Under the pieces are notes generated by a model. That model was not told the DNA's origin, made no database searches, and saw only the letters and a program-made list of their open reading frames with translations. A stretch of 63,946 nt of DNA, counting the filler. It is 7 parts of 7 records of this genome, joined end to end, with 100 filler letters (N's around TTAATTAATTAA, not from the genome) between each part and the next. Parts side by side here need not be neighbours in the genome. Positions count along the whole stretch, not along the records: positions 19,232 to 24,586 come from SRR31156797_49506; positions 24,687 to 29,980 come from SRR31156797_49532; positions 30,081 to 36,034 come from SRR31156797_49537; 4 more parts are not named here. One strand, 5' to 3'. A program made the translations under genes and the position numbers. Shown here in pieces: positions 19,743-30,197 of the stretch (its first letter is position 1; each line of letters starts with the position of its first letter).

Positions 19743-20228
19743 ATGACCCAAAAAATAACCCTAAGTATACCGGACAGACTACATGAAAAACTCAATGAAT
19801 GGAGAAGCTCGTTTAATCTTTCAAAAATGTTTCAGGACGCATTGAGTGACGCCATTGAGAAAAAAGAGGCTTTCAGTAAAAAAATTTGTGAAGAATTTGA
19901 CATGACCCAGATCATTAACCGGCTTCATCAGGAGAAGGAGCAGTGGCTTAAAAACTTCTACAATGCCGGCCGGAACCGGGGTTTTGGCTGGGCCCAGGGT
20001 GCCCATTACCAGGATTTGTTATACGTACTTGATTGTGACGATACGTGTGATTCCGGACAAGAAATTGTCCGGCACAGTCGTTTTAAAGCATATTTTGAGG
20101 ATCTTTACGATGCCCACGATTTGACCCGCTACGCCCAGCAAGGTGGTGTTGACCATGAAAAAAAATTTCTGCAAGGTTGGTTTGACGGGGTAAACGCATT
20201 CTGGAACGAAGTTAGGGAGTACATTTAA
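19743..20228 (+). CDS. Hypothetical protein with N-terminal ribbon-helix-helix-like segment
   Basis: QKITLSIPDRLHEKL...FNLSKMFQDAL pattern; stop is 2 nt before the activase ATG. Confidence 0.6.
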   Translation: MTQKITLSIPDRLHEKLNEWRSSFNLSKMFQDALSDAIEKKEAFSKKICEEFDMTQIINRLHQEKEQWLKNFYNAGRNRGFGWAQGAHYQDLLYVLDCDDTCDSGQEIVRHSRFKAYFEDLYDAHDLTRYAQQGGVDHEKKFLQGWFDGVNAFWNEVREYI

Positions 20229-20230
20229 AC

Positions 20231-23200
20231 ATGGAAAAATCTGCCACGATACTTGGCATTGATGTAGGATCCGTATCCGTTCATCTTGCAATTGTTGATA
20301 TGAACGGCAATCTTCTGCATAAAGCATCTGAATATCACCATGGCGATGTCAGGGCATGCCTGGTAAAAATGCTCGTCCATAAGACCCTTCCATCCGTGAC
20401 CCATGTAGCTAAAACGGCATCCACGCCGGCCGATGTCAATGCAACTATCAGTGTTGACGAACAGGTGGCGGTCATACGCAGCGCACGTCACATCCATAAA
20501 AACTTTAGCGCTATTTTGCATGTGGGTGGTGAAAAATTTTTCCTAAGCCTGTTTGACAACAATGGCAATTACAGAGGCCAGCGGCAGAATTCAGGATGCG
20601 CCGCAGGCACCGGTGCATTCCTGGACCAGCAGGCCGGCCGGATTGATCTGCAGGGATCGAAAAAAATTTCATCCATGGCCTTTGAAAACTGTGGACAACG
20701 GCCGGATATCGCCACCCGGTGCGCGGTATTTGCAAAGACGGATCTGATCCATGCCCAGCAGCAGGGTTATAATCTTAAACAGATCTGCGACGGACTTTGC
20801 TACGGACTTGCCAGGAACATTGCCGACACGTTGTTCAAGCAGGATATTCCAGAGAAAGAGATCATATTCTGCGGCGGTGTTGCCAAAAACAATGCCGTTA
20901 AAAAGCATCTTGAATCCATTATCGACAAACCCCTTGTTAAAGGCGAACATGCCCTGGTTTATGGGGCCATGGGCGCAGCATTGTGTCTTGCTGATGAACT
21001 GATAAATTGCCATGAACCTGCCCGGTCATTTAATGATATCAACAATTTTTTCCTGGAAAAGACAAAAACAAAAGAGGGACTTAACCCGGCCCTTGACCTG
21101 ACCCTGTCTGATTATCCTGACTTTTCATCCGTTACAACCCTTGATGTTGAATCCGTTGAAATTGAAATGTTCAAACCCATTGATAACGGATCTTCCGTCA
21201 ACGGTTTTCTAGGGCTTGATGTGGGCTCCACCAGCACCAAAAGTATCATTATCGACCAGGATGGTGAGCCTGTTGCCGGATTTTACACCCGGACCGCATC
21301 AAGACCTGTGGAAGCTGTCCAGCGCATATTTAAAGCCTGTGATTATCTCATGGCCGAAAAAAAGGTGAGTTTCCGGATCCAGGGGTGTGGCACCACAGGT
21401 TCCGGCAGGCGCATTTCCGGCAAAATCATTGGTGCGGACTTAGAGCCCGATGAGATCACGGCCCATGCCACCGCAGCCGTGAATCTTCATCCGGATGTGG
21501 ATACCATCATTGAAATCGGGGGCCAGGACGCCAAGTTTACCCTGATAAAAAACGGCCAGGTTACTTCGTCGGTCATGAATGCGGTATGTGCTGCAGGCAC
21601 CGGCAGCTTTATTGAGGAACAGGCCATGCGTCTGAACTGCCCGTTATCCGAGTATTCCCACAGGGCGCAGGGCATTGCGGCACCGGTATCCAGTGACCGG
21701 TGTACCGTATTCATGGAAAGAGACATCAATTATTTTTTTGCCGAGGGGTATGGAAAAAACGAGATTCTGGCATCTGTGCTTCATTCGGTACGCGACAACT
21801 ACCTGACCAAGGTCGCAAATATTGCCCAAATCGGTGACCGGGTGGTGTTTCAGGGGGCCACGGCCCGGAACAGGGCACTTGTGGCAGCCTTTGAGCAAAA
21901 ATTAAATAAACCCATCCATGTATCCCGGTATTGCCACCTCACCGGCGCCCTTGGCATTGCCCTGATGGCCAGACAGATGAAGGAAAAAGGTGAGCTGTCT
22001 GAATCCTGTTTCAAGGGGTTTGACCTGTGGAAAGAACATATCCCGGTGCGTCAGGAAGTTTGTCGGCTTTGCACCAACCATTGCAAGATCACCATTGCCG
22101 AAGTAAAAGGAGAAACCCTGGCATATGGATTTTTGTGCGGCAGGGATTACCAGACGCAAAAACGAGTAAAGCTTTCCGGTGGTTATGATCTTTTAGGGCT
22201 TAGAAAAAAGGTTCGCCACAGAACTTTTGCCGGGCCACCCGTTTTTAAAGACAACGAAAGCCATATAACCATCGGGTTGCCCAATGCCCTTCACATGGTC
22301 CAGGACCTTAATCTCTGGCAATTTTTTTTCAAGGAACTTGGATTGCAAGTGGTGACCAGCCGCAAGTGCACCGAGCCTGTCAAGCAGGGCAAACAAATTG
22401 CCGGGGCCGAATTCTGTGCACCTGTCCTCGCACTGCACGGCCATGTGCAATTTCTCGAGGATAAATGCGATTATATTTTTCTACCCTTTTATTTTGAAGA
22501 CAAAGCCAGTGAAAAAGGCTTTCGCCGCCACCACTGCTACTATACGCAGTTTGCACCTTCAATTTTAAGCCGCCTCACAAAACCGGGGAAAATACTGTCT
22601 CCCATAGTCAGATATCTGTATACAAGCTTTTATACAAAAAAGCAGCTATATGACACATTTAAAAAAATTGGTGCAAATCTCTCCTTTTTTGACATATCAT
22701 CGGCATGGGATCGGGCACTGTCTGCCCAAAAAAACATGAAGAGCACCCTCACTGGACTGTGGGCGTCCCAAGGCTCTGCCGAGAAAGCCAACGTGCTGTT
22801 GCTTGGCCGCCCATATACGGTCTTATCTTCTGCCATGAACAATAATATCCCAGGTATTTTTGCAAATCTGGGCATCAAAACATTTTTCAATGACATGATT
22901 GACCTGGAAGGCATTGATTATTCCCCCATTGAACCATTGCTCAAGCAAATTCACTGGAAATACGCGGCCCAAAATCTAAAAGCAGCTTTGGTTGCCGCCA
23001 CAACCCCAAACCTGTATCCGGTTTACATCTCATCTTTCAGATGTGCGCCTGATGCCTTTGCCGTGGATTACTTCAAGGAAATCATGGCATCGGCAAACAA
23101 GCCCTATCTGGTGCTGGAGCTGGATGAACACGACTCCAGCGTGGGATATGAAACCCGCATTGAAGCGGCTGTCAGGGCGTTTGAAAATCACATGCGCCAG

Positions 23201-24451
23201 GATCAGCCCACTCAAAAGACAGACGCATCTTTATTTATCCCGAAATTTTATAAAAGCATTGAACAAAAAACAATCATTTTCCCCAACTGGGATGCCATCT
23301 CAGGTCACCTCATTGTCAATATCCTCAAAAATGAAGGATACAATGCCATATTGATGGAAGAGAACCAGGAAACCCTTAAAAAAGCGCTTCTGACTAATAC
23401 AGGTCAGTGCCTGCCCTTAAATGCCGTGGCGTCTGGATTTATCCATACAGTTAAAAAATACGGGCTCCCCCCGGAGAATACGGTTTTATGGCTTAATCAG
23501 TCCGATATTGCCTGCAATATAAAAATGTACCCCTACCATATCCAGAAAATTTTTACCCGCCACGGAAAAGGTTTTGAAAAAGCCGGGGTCTATTTAGGGG
23601 AGCTTTCACTTTTTGACTTGGGGATAAAGGCGTCAACCAACACTTATTTTGCCTATATGTTTGGCGGACTTTTCAGGAGCATCGGATGCAAAATAAGACC
23701 CTATGAAATAAATAAGGGGCAAACCGATGCGGCGTTGCGCACCGCCGGTTCCATCATGGGAACGGCATTTCTCACGGGCGGATCAAAGGAAAAAGCCCTA
23801 AAGGAGATCATGTCCGTGTTTGAACAAATCTCTGTAAAAAAAGAAACTCGACCCAAGGTGGGAATATTCGGGGATCTGTATGTCAGGGACAACCGAATAA
23901 TGAATCAAAATCTGATTCAGTTCATTGAGGATAATGGTGGGGAGGTGGTTACCACGCCTTATTATCAGTATGTTCAGATCATCGCCAATGCCTATTTTAA
24001 AAAATGGTTCAAGGAGGGCAAATACTTAAGCCTGATTTCAAACAAGGCCCTTCTGGCAGCCGTAAAAACAATGGAAAAAAAATATTATCCATTGTTTGCA
24101 CCGTTTTTCAACGAAACCGAACTTAAGGTAAATACGTCCTATGAAAATATCCTTGAGACATACGGCATGCTGCCCGAACATACCGGCGAGTCAATGGATA
24201 ACCTGCTCAAGATCCACTATATTGTCAATGAGCATCCCAATTTAGCCCTTTTAGTTGCTGTCAATCCGGCATTTTGCTGTCCGGGCCTTATCACCGAGGC
24301 CATGGCCTCACAGATTGAAAAAAAGGTTGGTGTACCGATTATTAATATTACCTATGATCTGTCCGGAGGAAACAAAAATAAGGCGGTGGTGCCTTTCCTG
24401 AAATATTTGAGTCCCCCTCCCTATTCCCAGAGTCGGAAGGCCTCTGTCTGA
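20231..24451 (+). CDS. Acyl-CoA dehydratase activase fusion (two BcrAD/BadFG ATPase domains plus DUF2229-like region)
   Basis: GIDVGSVS and GLDVGSTSTK, two CAAGTG.F motifs, IGGQDAK, RCAVF/RCTVF, ELDEH....G..TR.EA. Confidence 0.9.
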   Translation: MEKSATILGIDVGSVSVHLAIVDMNGNLLHKASEYHHGDVRACLVKMLVHKTLPSVTHVAKTASTPADVNATISVDEQVAVIRSARHIHKNFSAILHVGGEKFFLSLFDNNGNYRGQRQNSGCAAGTGAFLDQQAGRIDLQGSKKISSMAFENCGQRPDIATRCAVFAKTDLIHAQQQGYNLKQICDGLCYGLARNIADTLFKQDIPEKEIIFCGGVAKNNAVKKHLESIIDKPLVKGEHALVYGAMGAALCLADELINCHEPARSFNDINNFFLEKTKTKEGLNPALDLTLSDYPDFSSVTTLDVESVEIEMFKPIDNGSSVNGFLGLDVGSTSTKSIIIDQDGEPVAGFYTRTASRPVEAVQRIFKACDYLMAEKKVSFRIQGCGTTGSGRRISGKIIGADLEPDEITAHATAAVNLHPDVDTIIEIGGQDAKFTLIKNGQVTSSVMNAVCAAGTGSFIEEQAMRLNCPLSEYSHRAQGIAAPVSSDRCTVFMERDINYFFAEGYGKNEILASVLHSVRDNYLTKVANIAQIGDRVVFQGATARNRALVAAFEQKLNKPIHVSRYCHLTGALGIALMARQMKEKGELSESCFKGFDLWKEHIPVRQEVCRLCTNHCKITIAEVKGETLAYGFLCGRDYQTQKRVKLSGGYDLLGLRKKVRHRTFAGPPVFKDNESHITIGLPNALHMVQDLNLWQFFFKELGLQVVTSRKCTEPVKQGKQIAGAEFCAPVLALHGHVQFLEDKCDYIFLPFYFEDKASEKGFRRHHCYYTQFAPSILSRLTKPGKILSPIVRYLYTSFYTKKQLYDTFKKIGANLSFFDISSAWDRALSAQKNMKSTLTGLWASQGSAEKANVLLLGRPYTVLSSAMNNNIPGIFANLGIKTFFNDMIDLEGIDYSPIEPLLKQIHWKYAAQNLKAALVAATTPNLYPVYISSFRCAPDAFAVDYFKEIMASANKPYLVLELDEHDSSVGYETRIEAAVRAFENHMRQDQPTQKTDASLFIPKFYKSIEQKTIIFPNWDAISGHLIVNILKNEGYNAILMEENQETLKKALLTNTGQCLPLNAVASGFIHTVKKYGLPPENTVLWLNQSDIACNIKMYPYHIQKIFTRHGKGFEKAGVYLGELSLFDLGIKASTNTYFAYMFGGLFRSIGCKIRPYEINKGQTDAALRTAGSIMGTAFLTGGSKEKALKEIMSVFEQISVKKETRPKVGIFGDLYVRDNRIMNQNLIQFIEDNGGEVVTTPYYQYVQIIANAYFKKWFKEGKYLSLISNKALLAAVKTMEKKYYPLFAPFFNETELKVNTSYENILETYGMLPEHTGESMDNLLKIHYIVNEHPNLALLVAVNPAFCCPGLITEAMASQIEKKVGVPIINITYDLSGGNKNKAVVPFLKYLSPPPYSQSRKASV

Positions 24452-24586
24452 CGTTTGGCCGGCAGGTACGCTTTGATTTCAGGATATCTTTTTATAAATG
24501 CATTCTGAAATTCAATGCGTTTGACATTGAAACGGTTGTGAGAGTCAACAGCCCTGCGGTAACGCAGATAATATTCATCATAATTT
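24421..24586 (-). CDS. C-terminal fragment of an unknown gene
   Basis: Open frame from the contig edge (NYDEYYLRYRRAVDSHNRF...FRLWE*) converging on and overlapping the activase end. Confidence 0.35.
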
Positions 24587-24686
24587 NNNNNNNNNNNNNN
24601 NNNNNNNNNNNNNNNNNNNNNNNNNNNNNNTTAATTAATTAANNNNNNNNNNNNNNNNNNNNNNNNNNNNNNNNNNNNNNNNNNNN
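24587..24686. other. Artificial contig spacer
   Basis: N-run with TTAATTAATTAA linker. Confidence 0.98.
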
Positions 24687-24687
24687 G

Positions 24688-25137
24688 TTAATTGGTGTTT
24701 TTGATAAATCTTATATTAATAAAATTGCTACAGCATTAGAACTTTTAGAGTCAAAAAAATCTATTGTTGTTTCTTCAAAAGATGGGATGGATGAAATATC
24801 AATTTCTGACATCTCTTATGCAACAATGCTAAACAATGGTAAAATAGAAGACTTTATTATTGATCCACAAGATTTAGGATTAAAATTTGCTTCAAAAGAT
24901 GAAATTGTTGGTGGTGATGGAGTTGTTAACGCAAAAATCACTAAAGCAATACTAGAAGGGCAAGAAAAAGGCGCAAAACTTGATATTGTATTACTTAATG
25001 CTGCAGCTGCCTTAGTAGTTGATGATAAAGCAAGAGACTTAAAAGAGGGTATTGAGATTGCAAAAGATGCAATTGATAGTGGAAAAGCAAAAGAAAAATT
25101 AATACAACTAGTTGAAGTTTCATCTAAACTAAATTAG
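24688..25137 (+). CDS. trpD: Anthranilate phosphoribosyltransferase, 5'-truncated
   Basis: DGMDEIS, GGD...NA, DIVLLNAAAAL, AIDSGKA. Confidence 0.9.
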   Translation, partial: LIGVFDKSYINKIATALELLESKKSIVVSSKDGMDEISISDISYATMLNNGKIEDFIIDPQDLGLKFASKDEIVGGDGVVNAKITKAILEGQEKGAKLDIVLLNAAAALVVDDKARDLKEGIEIAKDAIDSGKAKEKLIQLVEVSSKLN

Positions 25138-25145
25138 GACATTAA

Positions 25146-25556
25146 TTGGAATTTTTATTAGAATTAAGTCAAATTGATAAGATTGTAGAAAAAATAAAAA
25201 CAATAATTAATGACAATGATTTTGTGGTTATTTTAAAAGGAGATTTAGCAAGTGGTAAAACAACATTTGTTAAAAACTATGTTAAATCTTTAGGTATAGA
25301 TGAACTAGTTACATCACCTACATTTTCAGTACAATCAATATATTCAGATTCAATTTTTCATTATGATATTTATAATAAAACCCTTGAAGAGTTTATATCT
25401 TTAGGGTTATTAGAAGAGTTTGATAAAAGTGGAGTACATTTTGTAGAGTGGGGCGATAAAAAACTTGAAGAATTGCTAAAATCGTATGGTTTTAATGTAA
25501 TTACATTAAATATAGAAAAAAGAGATGATAAAAGGTTATACATTATAAATGAGTAA
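25146..25556 (+). CDS. tsaE: tRNA t6A biosynthesis ATPase TsaE
   Basis: [24 protein letters not shown]. Confidence 0.92.
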   Translation: MEFLLELSQIDKIVEKIKTIINDNDFVVILKGDLASGKTTFVKNYVKSLGIDELVTSPTFSVQSIYSDSIFHYDIYNKTLEEFISLGLLEEFDKSGVHFVEWGDKKLEELLKSYGFNVITLNIEKRDDKRLYIINE

Positions 25557-26271
25557 GCTAGAAGCAAAAGATATAAAAAAGAATATTAAAAAAACACAAA
25601 TTTTACATGGAATATCACTAGAGATTGAATCTGGGGAAATTGTTGGATTATTAGGTCCAAATGGAGCAGGAAAAACAACTACATTTTATACAATCTGTGG
25701 ACTTATTGTTCCAACTGAAGGAAAGATTTTTTTTGATGGAGAAGATATAACTTCACTACCTTTACATAAAAGAGCATTAAAAGGTATTGGATATTTGCCT
25801 CAGGAATCATCAATCTTCAAAGACTTATCTGTAGAAGATAATCTAATGTTAGCAGCTCAAATTGTTACTCAAGATAAAGATGAACAAAGAAAAAGAGTTG
25901 AAGATCTATTGGAGGTTTTTAATATCGAACCTATCAGACAAAGAAAAGGTATATCTTTGTCAGGAGGAGAGAGAAGAAGAACTGAAATAGCAAGAGCTTT
26001 AATCTCTAAACCAAAGTTTTTACTTCTAGATGAACCTTTTGCGGGTGTTGACCCAATTGCTGTTAAAGATATTCAAGAGATTATAAATGAATTAACAAAA
26101 ATTGGAATTGGTGTTTTAATCACTGACCACAATGTTAGGGAAACTCTAGAAGTGTGCGATAGAGCTTATGTTATGAAAGATGGTGCGCTTTTAGCTTCAG
26201 GAAATGCTGATGAGATTAGAAGTGATAGTAGTGTAAGACAACACTATTTAGGAGAGAGTTTTAGTTTTTAA
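25549..26271 (+). CDS. lptB: LPS export ABC ATPase LptB
   Basis: [54 protein letters not shown]. Confidence 0.95.
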   Translation: MSKLEAKDIKKNIKKTQILHGISLEIESGEIVGLLGPNGAGKTTTFYTICGLIVPTEGKIFFDGEDITSLPLHKRALKGIGYLPQESSIFKDLSVEDNLMLAAQIVTQDKDEQRKRVEDLLEVFNIEPIRQRKGISLSGGERRRTEIARALISKPKFLLLDEPFAGVDPIAVKDIQEIINELTKIGIGVLITDHNVRETLEVCDRAYVMKDGALLASGNADEIRSDSSVRQHYLGESFSF

Positions 26272-27581
26272 ACACTAAAAACTCTATTCTTTCCATCTTT
26301 TTTAGCTTCATATAAAGCTTCATCAACTCTTTTTATAAATGAAATATCATCATCTTCTTGTTTTAGTTTTGATACACCAAAACTTGCAGTGATATTTTTA
26401 GAAATTCTAAAATCAAAACTTTCTATCGCAACTCTTATTTTTTCTGCAACTTGAACTGCGCCATCAAGAGTAGTTTGAGGAAGAAGCACTAAAAACTCTT
26501 CTCCTCCCCATCTAACAATAATATCATGCTCTCTAACACAGTTTATTACTATTTTTGCAATATTTTTTAGTACATCATCACCTGTTAAGTGTCCAAAATT
26601 GTCATTTAAAAGTTTAAAATTATCTACATCAAATATAATCAATGATAAAGCATTGTCGTATCTTTTGTCTCTTTTTATCTCTTTTAAAAATATTTCATTA
26701 AATTTTTGTCTATTAAACAAACCTGTTAATTGATCGTGAGTTGCTTGGTATTCAAGAAGGTTTGCTTTTTCTTTTAACATTGTTATATCAGTTAAAGATA
26801 CAACAAAATGTTCACCTTTATTTTCGTAATCATCTACATTTACAGTAAATATTCTATCCTCACCAGCTGAGTTTTCTATTTTAACAACTCTATCTGATTC
26901 ACTTAACTCTTGGATTTGAAGAATCCAATGGTTTTTATCTGTTAAAAGGTTTTTATTGAAAAATCTTTTATCATCTTTAAATTGAGCTAAAACACTAGTT
27001 TTCTTTTCTAAAAACTCATCATAAGAGCTTACATCAAAAAACTCTAAGAACTTTTTATTAACTTCAATTATTTTTGTTAAGTCTGTTAAAAATACAATAT
27101 TGTCTTGTGCATCTAAAATAAGTTTAGTTTGTCTTGTAATCTCTTCAACTCGTGTTTCTAAATCTTTTGTTACTTTTTCTAATTCGTTTCTTAGAAAAAT
27201 AGGTTCTACAGCTTTTATCATACTGTCAATTAAATGATAAAGGTCAATAGGTTTCATTGCATAAGAGCTTACATTTACATCAATTGCTTCTTTTAAGAAG
27301 TTTGGGTCACTATGTGCGCTTGTGATAACTATTGGTATCTCTTTATCTTGTTTTCTAATCTTTGAGCACATCTCTAATCCACCCATTTTAGGCATATTTA
27401 TATCAGTTAGAATTAGGTTGATATCTTTGTTTGTATTAAAAGCTTCAAGTCCTTCAAGTCCATCTTTAGCAGTAATTACATTTTTTACAATGCTACTAAT
27501 TGTTTTACTTGTAAACTCTCTAACTTCTGTCTCGTCTTCAACATACAATACATTTATATTTTTCAAAATCTCTTTATTCAT
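26268..27581 (-). CDS. Diguanylate cyclase (REC-PAS-like-GGDEF)
   Basis: LYVEDE / LTDINMP receiver; D.LTGLFNR and RWGGEEF. Confidence 0.9.
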   Translation of the reverse strand: MNKEILKNINVLYVEDETEVREFTSKTISSIVKNVITAKDGLEGLEAFNTNKDINLILTDINMPKMGGLEMCSKIRKQDKEIPIVITSAHSDPNFLKEAIDVNVSSYAMKPIDLYHLIDSMIKAVEPIFLRNELEKVTKDLETRVEEITRQTKLILDAQDNIVFLTDLTKIIEVNKKFLEFFDVSSYDEFLEKKTSVLAQFKDDKRFFNKNLLTDKNHWILQIQELSESDRVVKIENSAGEDRIFTVNVDDYENKGEHFVVSLTDITMLKEKANLLEYQATHDQLTGLFNRQKFNEIFLKEIKRDKRYDNALSLIIFDVDNFKLLNDNFGHLTGDDVLKNIAKIVINCVREHDIIVRWGGEEFLVLLPQTTLDGAVQVAEKIRVAIESFDFRISKNITASFGVSKLKQEDDDISFIKRVDEALYEAKKDGKNRVFSV

Positions 27582-27645
27582 AACTAAAAACAAGCCTTTT
27601 TTTGGGGTCAATCTTTATTATAACATAAAAAATAAAATTAATAAT

Positions 27646-28371
27646 TTATTTTACAAAAAATTTTAAAGCATTTTTTAAATCTTGTTCCGTATCTATTCCA
27701 AATGAGTTAGATGTTACTTTTACCATTGCAACTTTTTCTCCATTGTCAAGGGCTCTTAGTTGTTCTAGTTTTTCCACATTTTCTAATTTTGATGAAGAAA
27801 GAGAACAAAATTTATTTAAACTCTTTTTAGTAAATCCATATATTCCTAAGTGTCCAAAATATGTTGAGTTCTCATAATGGTCTCTATGATAAGGTATTTT
27901 AGCTCTTGAAAAATAGATTGCATTTTCTTCTTCATCTACAATAACTTTTACAAGATTTGGGTCATCTGCTAATTCTGAACTAATCTCTTTGTAACAACTT
28001 ACAATCATAGTGTCTTCATTGTTTTTACTTACATCTTTTACTCTGTTTATTACAGCTTTTATAACATCCTCTTCAATAAAAGGTTCATCTGCTTGAACAT
28101 TTACAATAATATCATCATCTTTTAGTCCTAATATATTTGCAGCTTCGTTTATTCTGTCTGTTCCACTATTGTGTGAGCTTGATGTTAAAACAGCATTAAA
28201 TCCATGCTCTTTTGCAAGGTCTATAACCTCTTGTGAATCTGTAGCAATAACAACTTCGTCTAATTTACTAACTTGTTTTGCAGTTTTTATAACCATTGGT
28301 AAACCCAAAATATCAACTAATATTTTATTTTCAAATCTACTTGAGTTTAATCTTGCTGGTATAATAATCAT
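27646..28371 (-). CDS. kdsB: 3-deoxy-manno-octulosonate cytidylyltransferase
   Basis: IIPARL.SSRF, SGTDRI, NVQADEP, YFSR, HLGIYG, EKLEQLRAL. Confidence 0.95.
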   Translation of the reverse strand: MIIIPARLNSSRFENKILVDILGLPMVIKTAKQVSKLDEVVIATDSQEVIDLAKEHGFNAVLTSSSHNSGTDRINEAANILGLKDDDIIVNVQADEPFIEEDVIKAVINRVKDVSKNNEDTMIVSCYKEISSELADDPNLVKVIVDEEENAIYFSRAKIPYHRDHYENSTYFGHLGIYGFTKKSLNKFCSLSSSKLENVEKLEQLRALDNGEKVAMVKVTSNSFGIDTEQDLKNALKFFVK

Positions 28372-29858
28372 ATAATATTTCCTTCTTTTGGTATTGAGAT
28401 TTTAAAAGTTGCCCCTAAATCGTTGTTAAAGGCACTTATTATCCCTTTTAATTGTAATTCTACTATCAATTTACTTGTATATAAACCTAATCCAACTCCA
28501 TGTCTTTTCTCTTTTGTTGAAAAATATGGTTCAAAGATTTTATGCAAAATCTCACTATTTATTCCACCTGCATTATCACTTACTTCAAATACTATTTTAT
28601 CATCATTATGATATTGCGAGAGTTTTATAATTGGATTTTTTGTATTTGTTCTTTGTATTTGTTCTGATGAGTTTTTTAATAGGTTTACTAAAACTGTTAC
28701 AAGTTCATTCTCAAGTACTAAAAAATCTAAATCTTCAAAATCTTTTTCTATTTTTATTTGTTTGATTTGAGATAAAGAGATTGCTTTTTCTATTATTATG
28801 TTAGCACAAGTTTTTTGTACCTTTGTTTCTGAATTTATAAAACTTTGGAAATTTTGTATTGTATTAGATAAAAGGTCTGCTTCTTTTTTGATTTTTTCTA
28901 GAGACTTAATATGCTCTTCATTAACTTCTTGTTCACTCATAGAGTATTCAAGCTCTAGTTTTTGTGCTTGGATTGAGATTATATTTAAAGGTTGTCTCCA
29001 TTCGTGAGAAAGCTTTTGTAATGTTTCAGTCATAACAGAAAGTTTAGACTGATGAGCTAATATATTGTTTTTTTCTATCAATTGCTCTTTTGCAAGTTTA
29101 CTTTGCTCTTCTAATAAAACAGATTCATTTTTTAAGTTTAGTTCATTTGATACATCAACTAATAATGAAGTATAGCCAGTGACATCTCCATACTTGTTGT
29201 AGACAGGCTTTATCTTTATATTTAGCCAAACAGCGTTTCCATCTTTTTTTTGACATTTTATATTACCACTCCACTCATGTAAAGCTTGTAATGATTTGTT
29301 TATATTTTCTAGTACAACTTTTTGAGTATCTTTATGACTTAAAAAGCTCAATGGCTTTCCTATGATTTCATTTTTATTATAACCATTAAGTTTTAGTAGG
29401 GCAGAACTTACTTTTGTGATATAAAGATGTAAGTCTAAATGCATTGTTGATACATAATCATCTAATATTTCATCATCAGAAATTTGGCTTGTGATATCTT
29501 TTATGTTGATTACAAAAAGCGGTTTATTTATCATACTTGCAATTGTAGTTTTCAGATAAACTTTTTCATTATCTTTTCTTATACATACAATATCTATTTC
29601 CGCTTTATATTTTGTATTGTGGTTATTTATATCTAAGAGTTTAACAAAGGGTTTTATGTATTCATTTTTCATAAAAGTAGTAAATTGTTTATTTACAAGT
29701 TCATCTTTTGTAAAACCTAAAATAGGCATAAATGCATTATTTACATATATAAGATTTGTTGATTTATCAATAATACCAATTCCATCCCATGAATTATTGA
29801 TTATCTCTTGTAACTCTTGATTATTTCTTTTTAATTTCTCGATATCTTCTACAGACAA
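28368..29858 (-). CDS. Cytoplasmic PAS-PAS sensor histidine kinase
   Basis: Two PAS-like repeats; H-box SHEWRQPLN, NLLKN, DNAGGI, FEPYFSTK, GLGLY. Confidence 0.88.
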   Translation of the reverse strand: MSVEDIEKLKRNNQELQEIINNSWDGIGIIDKSTNLIYVNNAFMPILGFTKDELVNKQFTTFMKNEYIKPFVKLLDINNHNTKYKAEIDIVCIRKDNEKVYLKTTIASMINKPLFVINIKDITSQISDDEILDDYVSTMHLDLHLYITKVSSALLKLNGYNKNEIIGKPLSFLSHKDTQKVVLENINKSLQALHEWSGNIKCQKKDGNAVWLNIKIKPVYNKYGDVTGYTSLLVDVSNELNLKNESVLLEEQSKLAKEQLIEKNNILAHQSKLSVMTETLQKLSHEWRQPLNIISIQAQKLELEYSMSEQEVNEEHIKSLEKIKKEADLLSNTIQNFQSFINSETKVQKTCANIIIEKAISLSQIKQIKIEKDFEDLDFLVLENELVTVLVNLLKNSSEQIQRTNTKNPIIKLSQYHNDDKIVFEVSDNAGGINSEILHKIFEPYFSTKEKRHGVGLGLYTSKLIVELQLKGIISAFNNDLGATFKISIPKEGNII

Positions 29859-29931
29859 TACAAAACCTTGTTTTTAAGTGATATTATTATATTATAAAAT
29901 CTTTAAATAACACGAAATGAAAGAGATATAT

Positions 29932-29980
29932 ATGAAGAAAACTATAACTGTAATTGATACATTTGGATTTTTATTTAGAA
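29932..29980 (+). CDS. polA: DNA polymerase I, N-terminal fragment
   Basis: MKKTITVIDTFGFLFR, typical of the Campylobacterota PolA N-terminus. Confidence 0.7.
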
Positions 29981-30080
29981 NNNNNNNNNNNNNNNNNNNN
30001 NNNNNNNNNNNNNNNNNNNNNNNNTTAATTAATTAANNNNNNNNNNNNNNNNNNNNNNNNNNNNNNNNNNNNNNNNNNNN
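29981..30080. other. Artificial contig spacer
   Basis: N-run with TTAATTAATTAA linker. Confidence 0.98.
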
Positions 30081-30197
30081 CTGCGTCATTTTGGTTCTTA
30101 TGAAATCCCAGGAAAGAATCACTTCGTCCAAATCAAAAGGTAACATTACGATGGACTGTCTGCCCCTGTTTTGGAACACATTCATGATTTCAGACAT
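30081..30197 (-). CDS. N-terminal fragment of the next gene, possibly a LuxC-like acyl-CoA reductase
   Basis: ATG overlaps the LuxE-like stop; identity inferred only from the usual luxE-luxC pairing. Confidence 0.35.
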
